Origin: Nitrospirota bacterium
Lineage (GTDB): Bacteria; Nitrospirota; UBA9217
DNA length: 64,000 nucleotides
Reading direction: 5' to 3'
Assembly: GCA_963751455.1 (NCBI GenBank)
Contig: CAVVUN010000001.1
Span: forward strand, 384,001 to 448,000
A program made the position numbers and the translations under genes. The notes beneath the pieces were generated by a model that saw nothing but the letters and a program-made list of their open reading frames with translations, did not search any database and had not been told where the DNA came from. Shown here in pieces: positions 1 to 9,769 of the stretch. Position 1 is the first letter of the stretch. Every line of letters begins with the position of its first letter.

Positions 1-44
1 TCCTGTAAAAATAGAAGGAGAAAACCTCATTGTAGGGTGAGCTT

Positions 45-1148
45 ATGTGGAAAAAAATAAAAGAATGGCTTGATGTACGGTTCGGTCTGAATGCAATCCT
101 GGAGACACAACTCCGCGAACAGGTCCTCGACTACCGCATCCCGAAGAATACGAATATCCTCTACACGCTCGGTTTTCTCACGGTCGTCGCGTTTTGCATT
201 CAGGTGTTCACGGGAATCATTCTCCTGACCTGCTACATTCCTCACCCCGACCATGCGTTCAGCAGCGTACAGGACATCATGACGAAGGTCCCCTTCGGGT
301 GGCTCTTCCGAGAGATGCACTCAATCGGCAGCAACCTCCTGATTACCATCGTTCTGCTGCACATGGTAACTGTGTTTCTCATGGGGAACTACAAGCGGCC
401 GAGAGAACTCACCTGGGCCGGCGGCGCACTTGCCCTCATAGTCGTAATAACGTTCGGCTACAGCGGCCATCTGCTGCCGTGGAACCAGATGAGCTACTGG
501 TCGACCACGGTGGTAACGTCGATGCCGACCGCGTTCCCCGTTATCGGCGAGACCATCGCCCGCCTTCTGAAGGGCGGCGACCATATCACGGGAGTGACGC
601 TGAGCAGGTTCTTCGCGCTGCATATCGCCATTCTGCCGTCCATCTTTGTGGGACTGATCGCAGTCCATCTCTTTATGATCTACCGCACGGGAATCTCGGC
701 GACCCCTTTCGGGATGTCGGATACGGAAGGACGCCCCGGTTCGGAATATATACGAAAAAACCACCCGGACGGGTATCCTTATTACCCCGCCTTTTTTAAG
801 AAGCAGATGTATATGATGATGGCGTACTTCGCGGTCCTGTTCTTCATCATGACGTTCATGCCCACGCTGTATAATTCCCCGGGCGACATGATTGCGGCTG
901 ACCCGTATAAAACCCCTCCCGGGATACGGCCCGCATGGTACCTGGTCGCGCAATACCAGTTCCTGAAACTCATTCCGAACAAATTTCTCGGCATAGCCGT
1001 TCAGATCATCCTGGTATTCGCTTTTATTGCCTGGCCTTTCCTCGACAGGCAGGAGGAAAAAAATCTGATGAAACGGCCCCTCCTGAGAGGCGTATTCATA
1101 GTCCTGCTTGCCGCATGGCTTCTTCTGCTGTTTTGGGGGAGGAACTAA
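45..1148 (+). CDS. Cytochrome b of a bc-type complex (b6 and subunit IV fused)
   Basis: 367 aa with multiple TM helices; GWLFREMHS..LLH, GYSGHLLPWNQMSYW and RFFALH..H heme-ligand motifs; PEWY-equivalent reads PAWY. Confidence 0.92.
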   Translation: MWKKIKEWLDVRFGLNAILETQLREQVLDYRIPKNTNILYTLGFLTVVAFCIQVFTGIILLTCYIPHPDHAFSSVQDIMTKVPFGWLFREMHSIGSNLLITIVLLHMVTVFLMGNYKRPRELTWAGGALALIVVITFGYSGHLLPWNQMSYWSTTVVTSMPTAFPVIGETIARLLKGGDHITGVTLSRFFALHIAILPSIFVGLIAVHLFMIYRTGISATPFGMSDTEGRPGSEYIRKNHPDGYPYYPAFFKKQMYMMMAYFAVLFFIMTFMPTLYNSPGDMIAADPYKTPPGIRPAWYLVAQYQFLKLIPNKFLGIAVQIILVFAFIAWPFLDRQEEKNLMKRPLLRGVFIVLLAAWLLLLFWGRN

Positions 1149-2033
1149 TGAAAAACGCAATCATTGTCCTGGCGATCATATTCCTTCTGCCCGCTGCAGC
1201 ACGCGCGGGATACCGGGAGGATTTCGAAAATGAATTTATGACAAAAACGTGGGCAGGCCTGCAGATGGAGGAAAATCTCTGCATCTCCTGCCATGCTTCG
1301 GAGCAGATGAAGCCGGAATATCGCCAGATCACCCAGGCGTGGCAGTCGAGCTGGCATGCCCGGAACAATATCTCATGTGAGAATTGCCACGGCGGAGATC
1401 CGAAGGACGCCGCGCTCGCCATGTCCCGCCAGCGGGGCTTTGTCGGAATACCGAAATATGAGGATGTCCCGGAGTTCTGCGGAAAATGCCATATCGGGAT
1501 TCTTGCGAACTTCCAGGACAGCGGCCACGGCAAAGCGCTCAAGTCAGGAAGAGTTTCAGAAAGCTCTGCGGCGATCAAGACAGGTAAAAAAGCTCCCAAC
1601 TGCATCACGTGCCACGGTACGCATGATATTCAGAAGGCAGGCATCGACATCATCAACGAACAGCTCTGCACAAAGTGTCATTCGTACGAGCGGGCGAAGA
1701 TCATGAAACAGGCCCTTTTCCTGACCGAAGAAAAGATCGGGCTGCTCGAAGAAAAAGCTGGCTGATCTGAAGCGGGAAGGGATCTATTCCCAGGCGGATG
1801 AGAAAAATCTCTTTAGCACCGAAGCGGAATTCCGTGCCCTTTTCCATACGGTTGATGTGAACGTGGTGAAGGAACGGACGGACGAGTTTACGAAACGCTT
1901 GAACGTGATCGACAACAACATCAAGGCAACCTATCGGGAATTGAGATTCAGGAAAAACTTCTCCGGCTTATTAATGCTGGCCTTTGCCGGAATGGGTATC
2001 GTCATATTTCTGATGCCCAATAAAAAGGAATAG
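1148..2033 (+). CDS. Pentaheme cytochrome c with C-terminal membrane anchor (apparent +1 break near 1752-1756)
   Basis: ATG overlaps cyt b stop (TAATG); signal peptide; 5 CxxCH (CISCH, CENCH, CGKCH, CITCH, CTKCH); called ORF stops at 1765, but removing one A from the A-run continues KLADLKREG...LLMLAFAGMGIVIFLMPNKKE to TAG at 2033. Confidence 0.8.
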
Positions 2034-2190
2034 TATTTCTGTTGGGGCAATGTTTCATGTCACATAAGGCTGCATGATATTTTCCTCCACCCTTCCCCTC
2101 CTCTACGGAGATGCTCTCCCGCCGGCTCCCTCTCCCTGAAGAGAGAGGTTTTGCCGGGACAAGCGGGCGGTGTACGACACGGAGACAAAC

Positions 2191-2703
2191 ATGAAGAAAC
2201 TCAAAGCAGGACCGATTCTCCATCTCATCATACTTGCAGGGATCACCGTCTTTGCAGGGATTGCCCATGCCGAAGATGATGATATCCCGAAAAGATTCTT
2301 TGTAGCGCCCCCGCCCTTTTCTTCCGGAATATTTCCCTGTTCTCAGTGTCATTCAGGCATGCCTGCTGACCGGAAACAGCGCAAGCTGAGCATGCATGAG
2401 GACATCGTTCTGAAACACATGCCTGGCGGGTGGTGCTTTGACTGCCACAATCCGGACAACCGGGACAAACTCCGGCTCGCAAACGGCAAGCAGGTCAAAT
2501 TCGAGGAATCGTACATCCTGTGCGGGCAGTGCCACGGCACGGTCCTGCGCGACTGGAAAGCGGGGCTCCACGGCAAGAGAACAGGAAGCTGGAACGGCGA
2601 AAAGCAGTATCTCCTCTGCGTAAGCTGCCATTGGCCCCATGACCCGCCGTTCAAAGCGATAAAGCCCTTGCCTCCGCCGATGAGGCCTGCGGACATTAAA
2701 TAA
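2191..2703 (+). CDS. Periplasmic tetraheme cytochrome c
   Basis: GGAG RBS then ATG at 2191; signal peptide ending AHA; CSQCH, CFDCH, CGQCH, CVSCH. Confidence 0.88.
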   Translation: MKKLKAGPILHLIILAGITVFAGIAHAEDDDIPKRFFVAPPPFSSGIFPCSQCHSGMPADRKQRKLSMHEDIVLKHMPGGWCFDCHNPDNRDKLRLANGKQVKFEESYILCGQCHGTVLRDWKAGLHGKRTGSWNGEKQYLLCVSCHWPHDPPFKAIKPLPPPMRPADIK

Positions 2704-2746
2704 TGAATGAGGCAAGCCTCAGACAATTAAAGCGAAACGCCGTTGA

Positions 2747-2853
2747 ACCGCGAAGGCGCGAAGGACGCGAAGAAAACCATACGACAAAATCTTTTTCTGG
2801 TTTTTAACCCGATTCAAATCTTGCATTCCTCGCGTCCTTCGCGCCTTCGCGGT
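2747..2853. repeat. Intergenic palindromic element (REP/MITE-like) with perfect 24-bp inverted repeat
   Basis: ACCGCGAAGGCGCGAAGGACGCGA (2747-2770) and its exact reverse complement (2830-2853); arms have 9-nt periodicity. Confidence 0.85.
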
Positions 2854-2938
2854 AAATGCTTTTTTGTTTTTATTTTGCAGAAACTTGATTCAAAATTTAA
2901 TACCGGTTTGTAAGTATTTATAGAGAACTACGAGGCGA

Positions 2939-3865
2939 ATGATGGGAAAAATAGAGAAAAAAAAGGGCGGCGTGCATTTCGACCGCAGGACGTTCATGAA
3001 AGGCGCCGCCCTCGCCCTGGGCGGTCTGACGATTCCTCTCAAAGCAGACGCGGGATTCTGGGAATCGTTCTTTCAAAAGCGCTTCACGGAAATGAACGAC
3101 GCGGAGAAAAAGCAGGTGATTACACGGCTCGAACAAGAGTACGGAGAAAAATATAAAAAGGCCATTACAATCGGCAATGAAAACGCAATCCCGGGCGTGC
3201 TCTTCGGTTACGGCCTGGATCTGTCGAGATGCATCGGCTGCAGAAAGTGCGTGTACGCCTGCGTCGACGAGAACAACCAGTCCAAGGACCCGCAGGTCCA
3301 CTGGATATCGGTCCTTCGTTTCAAAAAGGGCGAAAAGTGGGTGGACCTCGAAGAGTCCGAAAAATATTACAACCCGGAGCTGGTCCCCGAGGAAGGGTAT
3401 TTCACGATGCCGGTACAGTGCCAGCAGTGCGAGGACCCGCCCTGCGTCCGCGCCTGTCCGACCCAGGCCACCTGGAAGGAGCCGGACGGGATCGTGGTCA
3501 TCGACTATAACTGGTGCATCGGCTGCCGCTACTGCATGGCCGCATGCCCCTACGGCGCGCGCCACTTCAACTGGGCCGAACCGGGCCGCAAGCCCGAGGA
3601 GCTCAACCCCAACACGCATTATCTCGGGAACCGGCCGCGGTACAAAGGTGTCGTCGAGAAGTGCACGTTTTGCATTCAGCGCACCCGGAAAGGGCTCTAT
3701 CCCGCATGCGTGGAGGCCTGCCCTGTCGGGGCCAGGAAGTTCGGAAACCTCCTCGACCCGAAAAGCGAAATCCGGTACGCTATAGAACATAAGAGGGTCT
3801 TCCGCCTGAAGGAAGACCTGAATACGAATCCGAAGTTTTATTATTTCTTCGCATACGGCAGGTAG
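2939..3865 (+). CDS. Tat-exported 4Fe-4S protein, NrfC/DsrO family
   Basis: RRTFMK twin-arginine signal; CIGCRKCVYAC, CQQCEDPPCVRACP, CIGCRYCMAACPY, KCTFC...PACVEACP. Confidence 0.92.
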   Translation: MMGKIEKKKGGVHFDRRTFMKGAALALGGLTIPLKADAGFWESFFQKRFTEMNDAEKKQVITRLEQEYGEKYKKAITIGNENAIPGVLFGYGLDLSRCIGCRKCVYACVDENNQSKDPQVHWISVLRFKKGEKWVDLEESEKYYNPELVPEEGYFTMPVQCQQCEDPPCVRACPTQATWKEPDGIVVIDYNWCIGCRYCMAACPYGARHFNWAEPGRKPEELNPNTHYLGNRPRYKGVVEKCTFCIQRTRKGLYPACVEACPVGARKFGNLLDPKSEIRYAIEHKRVFRLKEDLNTNPKFYYFFAYGR

Positions 3866-3876
3866 GAGGTCCTTTC

Positions 3877-5163
3877 ATGGGCAGCGTGATCAAAAACTTT
3901 TTCATTGCCTTGCGCCAGGTCTTTATAGGGAGCCGGGCTTATTATCTCTGGATTGCGTTCCTGTCCCTCTTCATTCTGCTCGGGTTCAGCGCATACGCCG
4001 ATCAGCTCCAGCAAGGACTCATCACGACCGCAATGCGGGACCAGGTCTCCTGGGGCCTGTACATCTCGAACTTCACCTTCCTTGTCGGCGTGGCCGCGGC
4101 GGCGGTGCTCCTTGTCGTTCCGGCGTACCTCTACAACTTCAAACCGATCAAAGAGATCGTGCTGTTCGGCGAGCTGCTCGCCGTGACCGCGATCACGATG
4201 TGCATCCTGTTCATCCTGGTCGACATGGGACAGCCGATGCGCGTATGGCATATCCTGCCGCTCCTCGGGGCCATGCACTTCCCCGCATCGCTGCTTGCAT
4301 GGGACGTGGTCGTATTGAACGGGTATCTCGCCATAAACGGCATCATTGCCTTCTACGTCCTGTACCGGCTGTCGATCGGCAAGGAATACAGCATGTCCGT
4401 GATCGGTCCCCTGATCATTCTCTCGATCCCCTGGGCCGTGAGCATCCATACCGTGACCGCGTTCCTCTACAACGGCTTATCCGCACGGCCGTTCTGGAAT
4501 GCCTCGATCCTGGCCCCCAGATTTCTTGCTTCGGCATTCTGTTCCGGGCCTGCGATCATGCTGGTCCTGTTCCAGATCATCAGGAAACGCTCCGAGGTGG
4601 AGATCGACAACCGGGCCATTTTTAAAATAGCTGAATTGATCGCCTACGCAATGGCTATCAACCTGTTCCTTCTGGGCGCAGAGGTGTTCAAGGAATTTTA
4701 TTCAGGCGCGGTCGACAGTTATTCTATCCGGTATCTCTACCTGGGTCTTCACGGGAAGACCAGCCTGGTGCCCTGGATGTGGGCCGCAACCTTCATGAAC
4801 ATTACGGCGTTCTTCCTGTTCCTCTTCCCGAAGACCCGGGAGAATTTCACGACCCTCAATATCGGATGCATCCTGATCATCATGGGCGTGTATATTGAAA
4901 AGGGCATGGGCCTGATAGTCCCCGGCTTTGTTCCGGACAGCCTCGGGGAAATTTATGAGTACTCTCCTACCACGTCGGAGATTCTGGTAACGATGGGGAT
5001 CTGGGCCTGCGGCGCGCTTCTGTACACGGTGCTCCTCAAATTTGCCGTACCGATTTATACCGGGAAGCTCAGGTTCGAAACGAAGGAGAGGACAGGTTAC
5101 AACAACCCCATAGCAGGACACACAACAGCAGAACACACAGCAGGATCGCACGGTAGGAACTGA
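3877..5163 (+). CDS. NrfD/PsrC/DsrP-family quinone-interacting membrane subunit
   Basis: 428 aa polytopic; WGLYISNFTFLVGVAA, DMGQP and SIHTVTAFL motifs; follows NrfC-like gene. Confidence 0.9.
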   Translation: MGSVIKNFFIALRQVFIGSRAYYLWIAFLSLFILLGFSAYADQLQQGLITTAMRDQVSWGLYISNFTFLVGVAAAAVLLVVPAYLYNFKPIKEIVLFGELLAVTAITMCILFILVDMGQPMRVWHILPLLGAMHFPASLLAWDVVVLNGYLAINGIIAFYVLYRLSIGKEYSMSVIGPLIILSIPWAVSIHTVTAFLYNGLSARPFWNASILAPRFLASAFCSGPAIMLVLFQIIRKRSEVEIDNRAIFKIAELIAYAMAINLFLLGAEVFKEFYSGAVDSYSIRYLYLGLHGKTSLVPWMWAATFMNITAFFLFLFPKTRENFTTLNIGCILIIMGVYIEKGMGLIVPGFVPDSLGEIYEYSPTTSEILVTMGIWACGALLYTVLLKFAVPIYTGKLRFETKERTGYNNPIAGHTTAEHTAGSHGRN

Positions 5164-5466
5164 CGAGACGATCATATCAAACATCTTCTCTCTGTTGTCA
5201 CCTTTCTTGCGCGCCCAAGAAAGGTGACCCAAAGAAGGGCACCCGGCGGAAATCCTTTACGGCATGCTTGGTCGTCCTCAGTACGATAGAAATCTCAAAC
5301 AGTCCGAAATGCTTAACCCTCGGATAGCCTGTATTCGCGCATGTGCACTCATAATCACCGGCCACGAGTTCGGTCACATGCCTAGATTTTCGCATGGGAA
5401 AGAACAACAAGCTACCACACAAAACCCGGAAGATCCAGATGTTCTACTTACTCCAGAATTGACTCA

Positions 5467-6033
5467 TTACGCATCACGAAGTCTGCTCTTTATCGCTTCC
5501 CATATTTCAATCAGGCCCAGGCGCCGCGCCCAATCGGTTATGTAGGCCATATCAATCGCTTCACCGCTGACCTTGAGAATGCCCGTAATATCACGAAGAT
5601 GCTTTTCTGACCCGCCGTCACGGTAATACTCCATTTTCTTGATAATGACGTCCTCCGGAGCCGCAAAATTTGCCTGAAAGGTTTCGGCGGGATTTATTCT
5701 CCTGATACGGCTGAATCGGCTCGCGTCAAATGCTGTGTCGCTGCTGACTATCACGTCTACCTTGAGGCCGGATGCAGGATGAATGATATTGAACTGGCCA
5801 TGAGCTCGTATCGCCTCCCTGATCATGTCACCGTCAATGTAATAGTTATCCGAAGGAAAGGCAGCGAGCAACCCCGGAATGTGCCGTACCCCAAGCACTG
5901 CCACGATATCTACGTCATTCGTAAGCCGGGGTTCGCCGTAAGCCATTGCGGCCACAGAACCCGTAACAAGATAAGGAACAGAAAGCCGTTCGAAGACATC
6001 AACAATCTTGTGCAGAAGCTCAAACGGCTCCAT
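5467..6033 (-). CDS. Nucleotidyltransferase-fold protein (putative TA component)
   Basis: Start MEPFELL after GGAGG; VTGSVAAMAYGEPRLTNDVDIV matches GS...DxD NTase motif; C-terminal KHLRDI. Confidence 0.75.
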   Translation of the reverse strand: MEPFELLHKIVDVFERLSVPYLVTGSVAAMAYGEPRLTNDVDIVAVLGVRHIPGLLAAFPSDNYYIDGDMIREAIRAHGQFNIIHPASGLKVDVIVSSDTAFDASRFSRIRRINPAETFQANFAAPEDVIIKKMEYYRDGGSEKHLRDITGILKVSGEAIDMAYITDWARRLGLIEIWEAIKSRLRDA

Positions 6034-6247
6034 GCGACATCCTCCTCGCGACTTCGCCGTAAAGCTGTTCGTCGGACCAAACAGGGTGCTCTCTCCGCAA
6101 ATGCGCGATGAGCATCGTACGTGCCGCGGTCCAAAGGCCAAAGCCTATCGCGATCCGTTCGGCCGGCGTTTTTCGCCGCAGTACAGCCGCCATTGCGTCG
6201 TCAACGATCTCGATTTGTCCTTTATCCAGCCGCAATGTTTTTGACAC
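6020..6247 (-). CDS. Small helical protein overlapping the NTase gene (putative partner/antitoxin); start uncertain
   Basis: LRRKTPAERIAIGFGLW...IAHLRREHPVWSDEQL; 14-nt overlap with the NTase gene; GGAGG upstream. Confidence 0.6.
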   Translation of the reverse strand: MSKTLRLDKGQIEIVDDAMAAVLRRKTPAERIAIGFGLWTAARTMLIAHLRREHPVWSDEQLYGEVARRMSHGAV

Positions 6248-6366
6248 GACTCCTCCGCGTCTTTTATGAGTTATCAACAAATCAAGAAATAAGGTTTGAT
6301 CCTGATCCATCAATTACTGGTTAGAATTTTAGCATAGTTTGAAATGAAATACGATGATTTTGAGCA

Positions 6367-6426
6367 AAAGGAATGGGGCTGATCGTCCCCGGCTTTGTTC
6401 CGGACAGCCTCGGGGAAATTTATGAG
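6367..6426 (+). pseudogene. Fragment 1 of an allelic nrfD-like 3' region
   Basis: 60 bp matching 4900-4959 with 4 differences, all synonymous (AAG/AAA, GGC/GGA, GGC/GGG, ATA/ATC). Confidence 0.9.
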
Positions 6427-6427
6427 G

Positions 6428-6713
6428 CCCCTGATTCCCGCCTGCACCCAGTCGGTTACGAGTGCACTGCGCGAGTGCAGGGTGTCTCGCGATCCATAGC
6501 GAGATGGTACTACAACGAGTCTAAGAATTTCCCCTGATTCCCGTCTGCACCCAGCGTTTATGAGGTCCTTGATTCCCGTCTCGCGCTTCTCAGCGAGATG
6601 GTACTACAATGAGTCTAAGCAGTCGGCACTGCGCGAGTGCAGGGTGTCTCGCGATTCATAGCGAGATGGTACGACAACGAGTCTAAGTATTATGCGACAG
6701 CGGGAATTCAGGG
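6428..6713. repeat. Nested modular repeat element with imperfect terminal inverted repeats
   Basis: CCCTGATTCCCGC at left, GCGGGAATTCAGGG at right; three copies of TCTCGC-loop-GCGAGATGGTAC(T/G)ACAA(C/T)GAGTCTAAG; two copies of GCACTGCGCGAGTGCAGGGTG; three of TGATTCCCG. Confidence 0.8.
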
Positions 6714-6928
6714 CGGAACTGCGAACTCGCGACAGCGAGGCTCAACCGAGCCACGCGCGAGTGAGCGGATAGATTTTTCATTGTCCACTACTCCTTCTCG
6801 ATAGATTTATCTTTGTCCATCTGCCCCTCGCCCTCCAGGGAGAGGCTGGGGTGAGGGTGGGTCTTCTGAGAAGGATGGGATGAGGATGGGTTCCACCCCG
6901 GCGGAGCCGGGGGAAGCCAAGGCGCGGG

Positions 6929-6964
6929 ATAACGATGGGAATCTGGGCCTGCGGCGCGCTTCTG
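6929..6964 (+). pseudogene. Fragment 2 of an allelic nrfD-like 3' region
   Basis: 36 bp matching 4987-5022 with 2 differences; abuts the stop codon of the gene at 6965. Confidence 0.85.
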
Positions 6965-7957
6965 CTATCTCGTCTCTTTTGGAATTCCGACATAATATAG
7001 ATCGAATCCGCCTTTACCGCCGGTGCGGTTGGAAGAAAATATCATTAAATCATTTGAATAATCCGGCGCATAGATCACGATGGGGCGGTATTCATCATAC
7101 GCCGTATTGATGGACGGACCAAAGTTCACCGGCGCTGACCATCCGTTCTCGTATGTTGAATAGTATAAATCGTATCCGCCATACCCGCCCGCTCTGTCCG
7201 ATGTAAAAACGAGAAGCTTACCATTTATGTACGGACATTTGTCATTATTCAAGGTACTCAAGACGTCGGCCCTTGTTATGATTGCATTACCCTCGCCCGC
7301 TAGCCACGTCGGTATGTCTACCCCGTCCGGGATAGCAGCCTGATAGATGTCGAAATCCTCCCCTCCTCTGTTCGAGTTGAAGTAGATCGAGTTGTCCGGA
7401 CCAAACGTGGGATATGCGTCAGCAGATGTCGAATTCAGGACAGCGGAAAGATAGGCGATCCCGTCTCCCGGGTTGACGACTGCGTGATAGATGTCGAGAT
7501 TGTCATTCAGATCGCTTGCATAAAGATAGACCTTCCTGCCATCGGGCAGGTCTTCGATGACCGGACCGTATTCGTTTGACGGAGAGTTGACCCCCGGCCA
7601 GGCTGAATCGAAGAACCATCCAGTCATGCTGAAATTGCCCGTATTCTGGTTGAACATTACGTTTACATTCATGCTTTCGATATCGAATGTGCCGCCTTGA
7701 GTGGATCTATTCGACGAAAAATAGAAAGGGAAAGCCAATTGGAGCACCGGTGTTGCTCCAGAGTTGAAATCGTCGAATTCACTGTTCGCATCGTCAAAAG
7801 GCGTTACGATTTCAGGGATGGAGCCGACCGGATAGTTGATCTTCATGTTATCGTAACCCTTGCTGTCTCTATCCTGGCACGCAAAGAGATTGAAAGCTGT
7901 CAACAGCACCAGGACATAATGCAAGTATTCGGTAAAAATACAAATGCCAGTCTTCAT
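6965..7957 (-). CDS. Lipoprotein with PD40/TolB-like beta-propeller repeats
   Basis: Lipobox-like LFAC; repeated YFSSNR/FTSDR..GGYGGYDLY motifs; paralog at 55307-56290. Confidence 0.8.
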   Translation of the reverse strand: MKTGICIFTEYLHYVLVLLTAFNLFACQDRDSKGYDNMKINYPVGSIPEIVTPFDDANSEFDDFNSGATPVLQLAFPFYFSSNRSTQGGTFDIESMNVNVMFNQNTGNFSMTGWFFDSAWPGVNSPSNEYGPVIEDLPDGRKVYLYASDLNDNLDIYHAVVNPGDGIAYLSAVLNSTSADAYPTFGPDNSIYFNSNRGGEDFDIYQAAIPDGVDIPTWLAGEGNAIITRADVLSTLNNDKCPYINGKLLVFTSDRAGGYGGYDLYYSTYENGWSAPVNFGPSINTAYDEYRPIVIYAPDYSNDLMIFSSNRTGGKGGFDLYYVGIPKETR

Positions 7958-8265
7958 CGTCGACTCCTATTAAGATCGTTATCCGTGGTTTCCAGCTGTG
8001 CTTTCCGTTGAGCAGCGCAGCGGGAAATGATTGATGGAAGTTTTTCGGCGAAATGGGAAAATTTACCTGCTGATAGGCGAGCGTACTATATTTTAGCGAC
8101 AGGGGCAAGGGAATTGTGTGAAGCAGACGCGAGGCGATGAAACTTGTTAGGTATTTCCATAACTCGAAGTACGATTTCGTTCATAGGAAGTCCTCTTTCC
8201 ATCCCATTATTACTGGTTAGAATATTAGCATACTTTCTTCATGCTTTAAGAATCGACGAGTACAA

Positions 8266-8430
8266 TCAAGCAAAACGCACGGAAAGTTGGCCGGTCTTTC
8301 TAGATCGAGATGCTGTCTTAACCACGATTTGCACATCGCGCCCAAGCAGTGTTAAGCACTCAATCATTTTAGTTTCCGAAATGCCCCGAAACCGGCCACG
8401 AAGCAGGTTGGAGAGCTTAGGCAAGCAGGG
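8266..8430 (-). pseudogene. 3' remnant of an XRE-family HTH antitoxin-like gene, cut by IS3
   Basis: Hand translation PKLSNLLRGRFRGISETKMIECLTLLGRDVQIVVK...RFA* resembles the C-terminal half of HigA-like XRE proteins. Confidence 0.6.
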
Positions 8431-8432
8431 AT

Positions 8433-9769
8433 GTTAAGTGGACCCCTCTGTCAAGACAATAAAGGGGTGAGATTAAGATGGTAACCGACCAAGCCGCAGC
8501 TGCATGGCGCTGCCCCGGTTTCTACCTCTCCCTGAGGTTCTTTTCGCTCTTTGAATTTATCCACAATCCTTGCTCCACCGCCGTTCGCTGTTCGATAGAT
8601 CACATCCGGTGTGCTGTAGTCCAATGATTGATGTGTTCTTTCCGTGTTGTAGAACATAAAGTATTTCGTCAGCCCCAGTTGCGCTTCAGGTACTGTGGCG
8701 TACCCTTTTAAATATACGTCTTCGTGCTTTACGCTCCGCCATAGCCGTTCCACGAAGATATTGTCCAATGCACGGCCGCGGCCGTCCATGCTGATGTTAA
8801 TGCAGTGCGCCTTGAGCACGCCGGTGAAGGCCTCAGAGGTGAACTGGCAGCCCTGATCGGTGTTGAAGATCTCGGGGATGCCGTATGTCTGTAATGCCTG
8901 TTCTAGGCAGTCCACGCAGAAGCTGCTATCGAGCGTGTTTGATAATCGCCATGCCAGCACTTTGCGTGAGTACCAGTCGATCACGGCCACCAGGTACACA
9001 AATCCCCGCGCCAGGCGGATGTAGGTGATGTCAGTGCTCCATACCTGATTGGGTCGTGTCACCGATACGCCTCTGAGCAGATATGGATAAACCATGTGCT
9101 GCGGGCTGGGGCGGCTGGTGTTCGGTCCCGGTGCCATGCCTGCAAGCCCCAGAATGCCCATTAGCCGCTGTATCCGTTTTCGGTTGACCTGATGCCCTAT
9201 GCCGCACAAGTACACGGTTATTTTGCGGCTGCCGTAGAACGGATGCCGGGTGTATTCGGCGTCGATCTCACTCAGCAGGGTCAATTCCAGCTCGTCCGGG
9301 TCGGTAGTCAGATGCGGCGCATAGAAAGTGGACCGGTTGACACCTGCCAGTTCGCATTGTTTGGTCAGCGCCAAGGGGTTTTTGGTATCTACCCAGTGCC
9401 GCCGGTCCGCTATAGGCTGATCCCGGACTTTTTTTTAAGCCAGTCCAGTTCCATCTTCAGCCGTCCGATCTCGGAGTAGAGCCGCTCCGAACTGGCAGCA
9501 GGATCTACCGGCGCGGGACCGCGCGTAGTGTCAAATATGCCCGCAGCCTGATCTTGCAAAACCTTTTTCCACTGCCCCACTTGCGTTGGATGTACGCCGA
9601 ACGCCTGGGCAATTTCGGTTACTGTCTTGACACCTCGGATCGCCTCAAGCGCGACCTTGGCTTTGAACTGACTGCTGAAATTTTTGCGCTTTTTTTCGCT
9701 CAAAACCTGCTCCTTTTTAACGGCAGGTTACCATCTTAAACTATTGTCCGAAAATTGGGGTCCACTATA
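8433..9769 (-). mobile_element. IS3-family insertion sequence
   Basis: Terminal inverted repeats AGTGGACCCC-N8-GACAATA at both ends; orfA and orfB; end coordinates +/- 2 nt. Confidence 0.92.
8451..9703 (-). CDS. IS3 transposase OrfA (9410-9703) and OrfB joined by -1 programmed frameshift
   Basis: OrfA HTH (FKAKVALEA...WLKKKS); A8G slippery run at ~9428-9436; OrfB DDE core WSTDITY, NTDQGCQF, DNIFVERLWRSVKHE. Confidence 0.92.

Noticed and set aside
321-1160. Long antisense or alternate-frame ORFs (also 2918-3790, 18376-19257, 34946-35908 and others)
   Set aside because: Shadows of well-supported genes, with no recognisable motifs
1763-1765. TGA as selenocysteine in the pentaheme cytochrome
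   Set aside because: Read-through meets another stop within about 12 codons; the sensible continuation is in a different frame
6506-6518. GGTACTACAACGA resembles the 10-23 DNAzyme core GGCTAGCTACAACGA
   Set aside because: Two core bases are missing, the other two copies vary inside the motif, and 10-23 is an artificial selection product; likely coincidence
6428-6713. CRISPR array
   Set aside because: Repeat units are nested and irregularly spaced, intervening sequences are themselves repeated, and no cas genes are present
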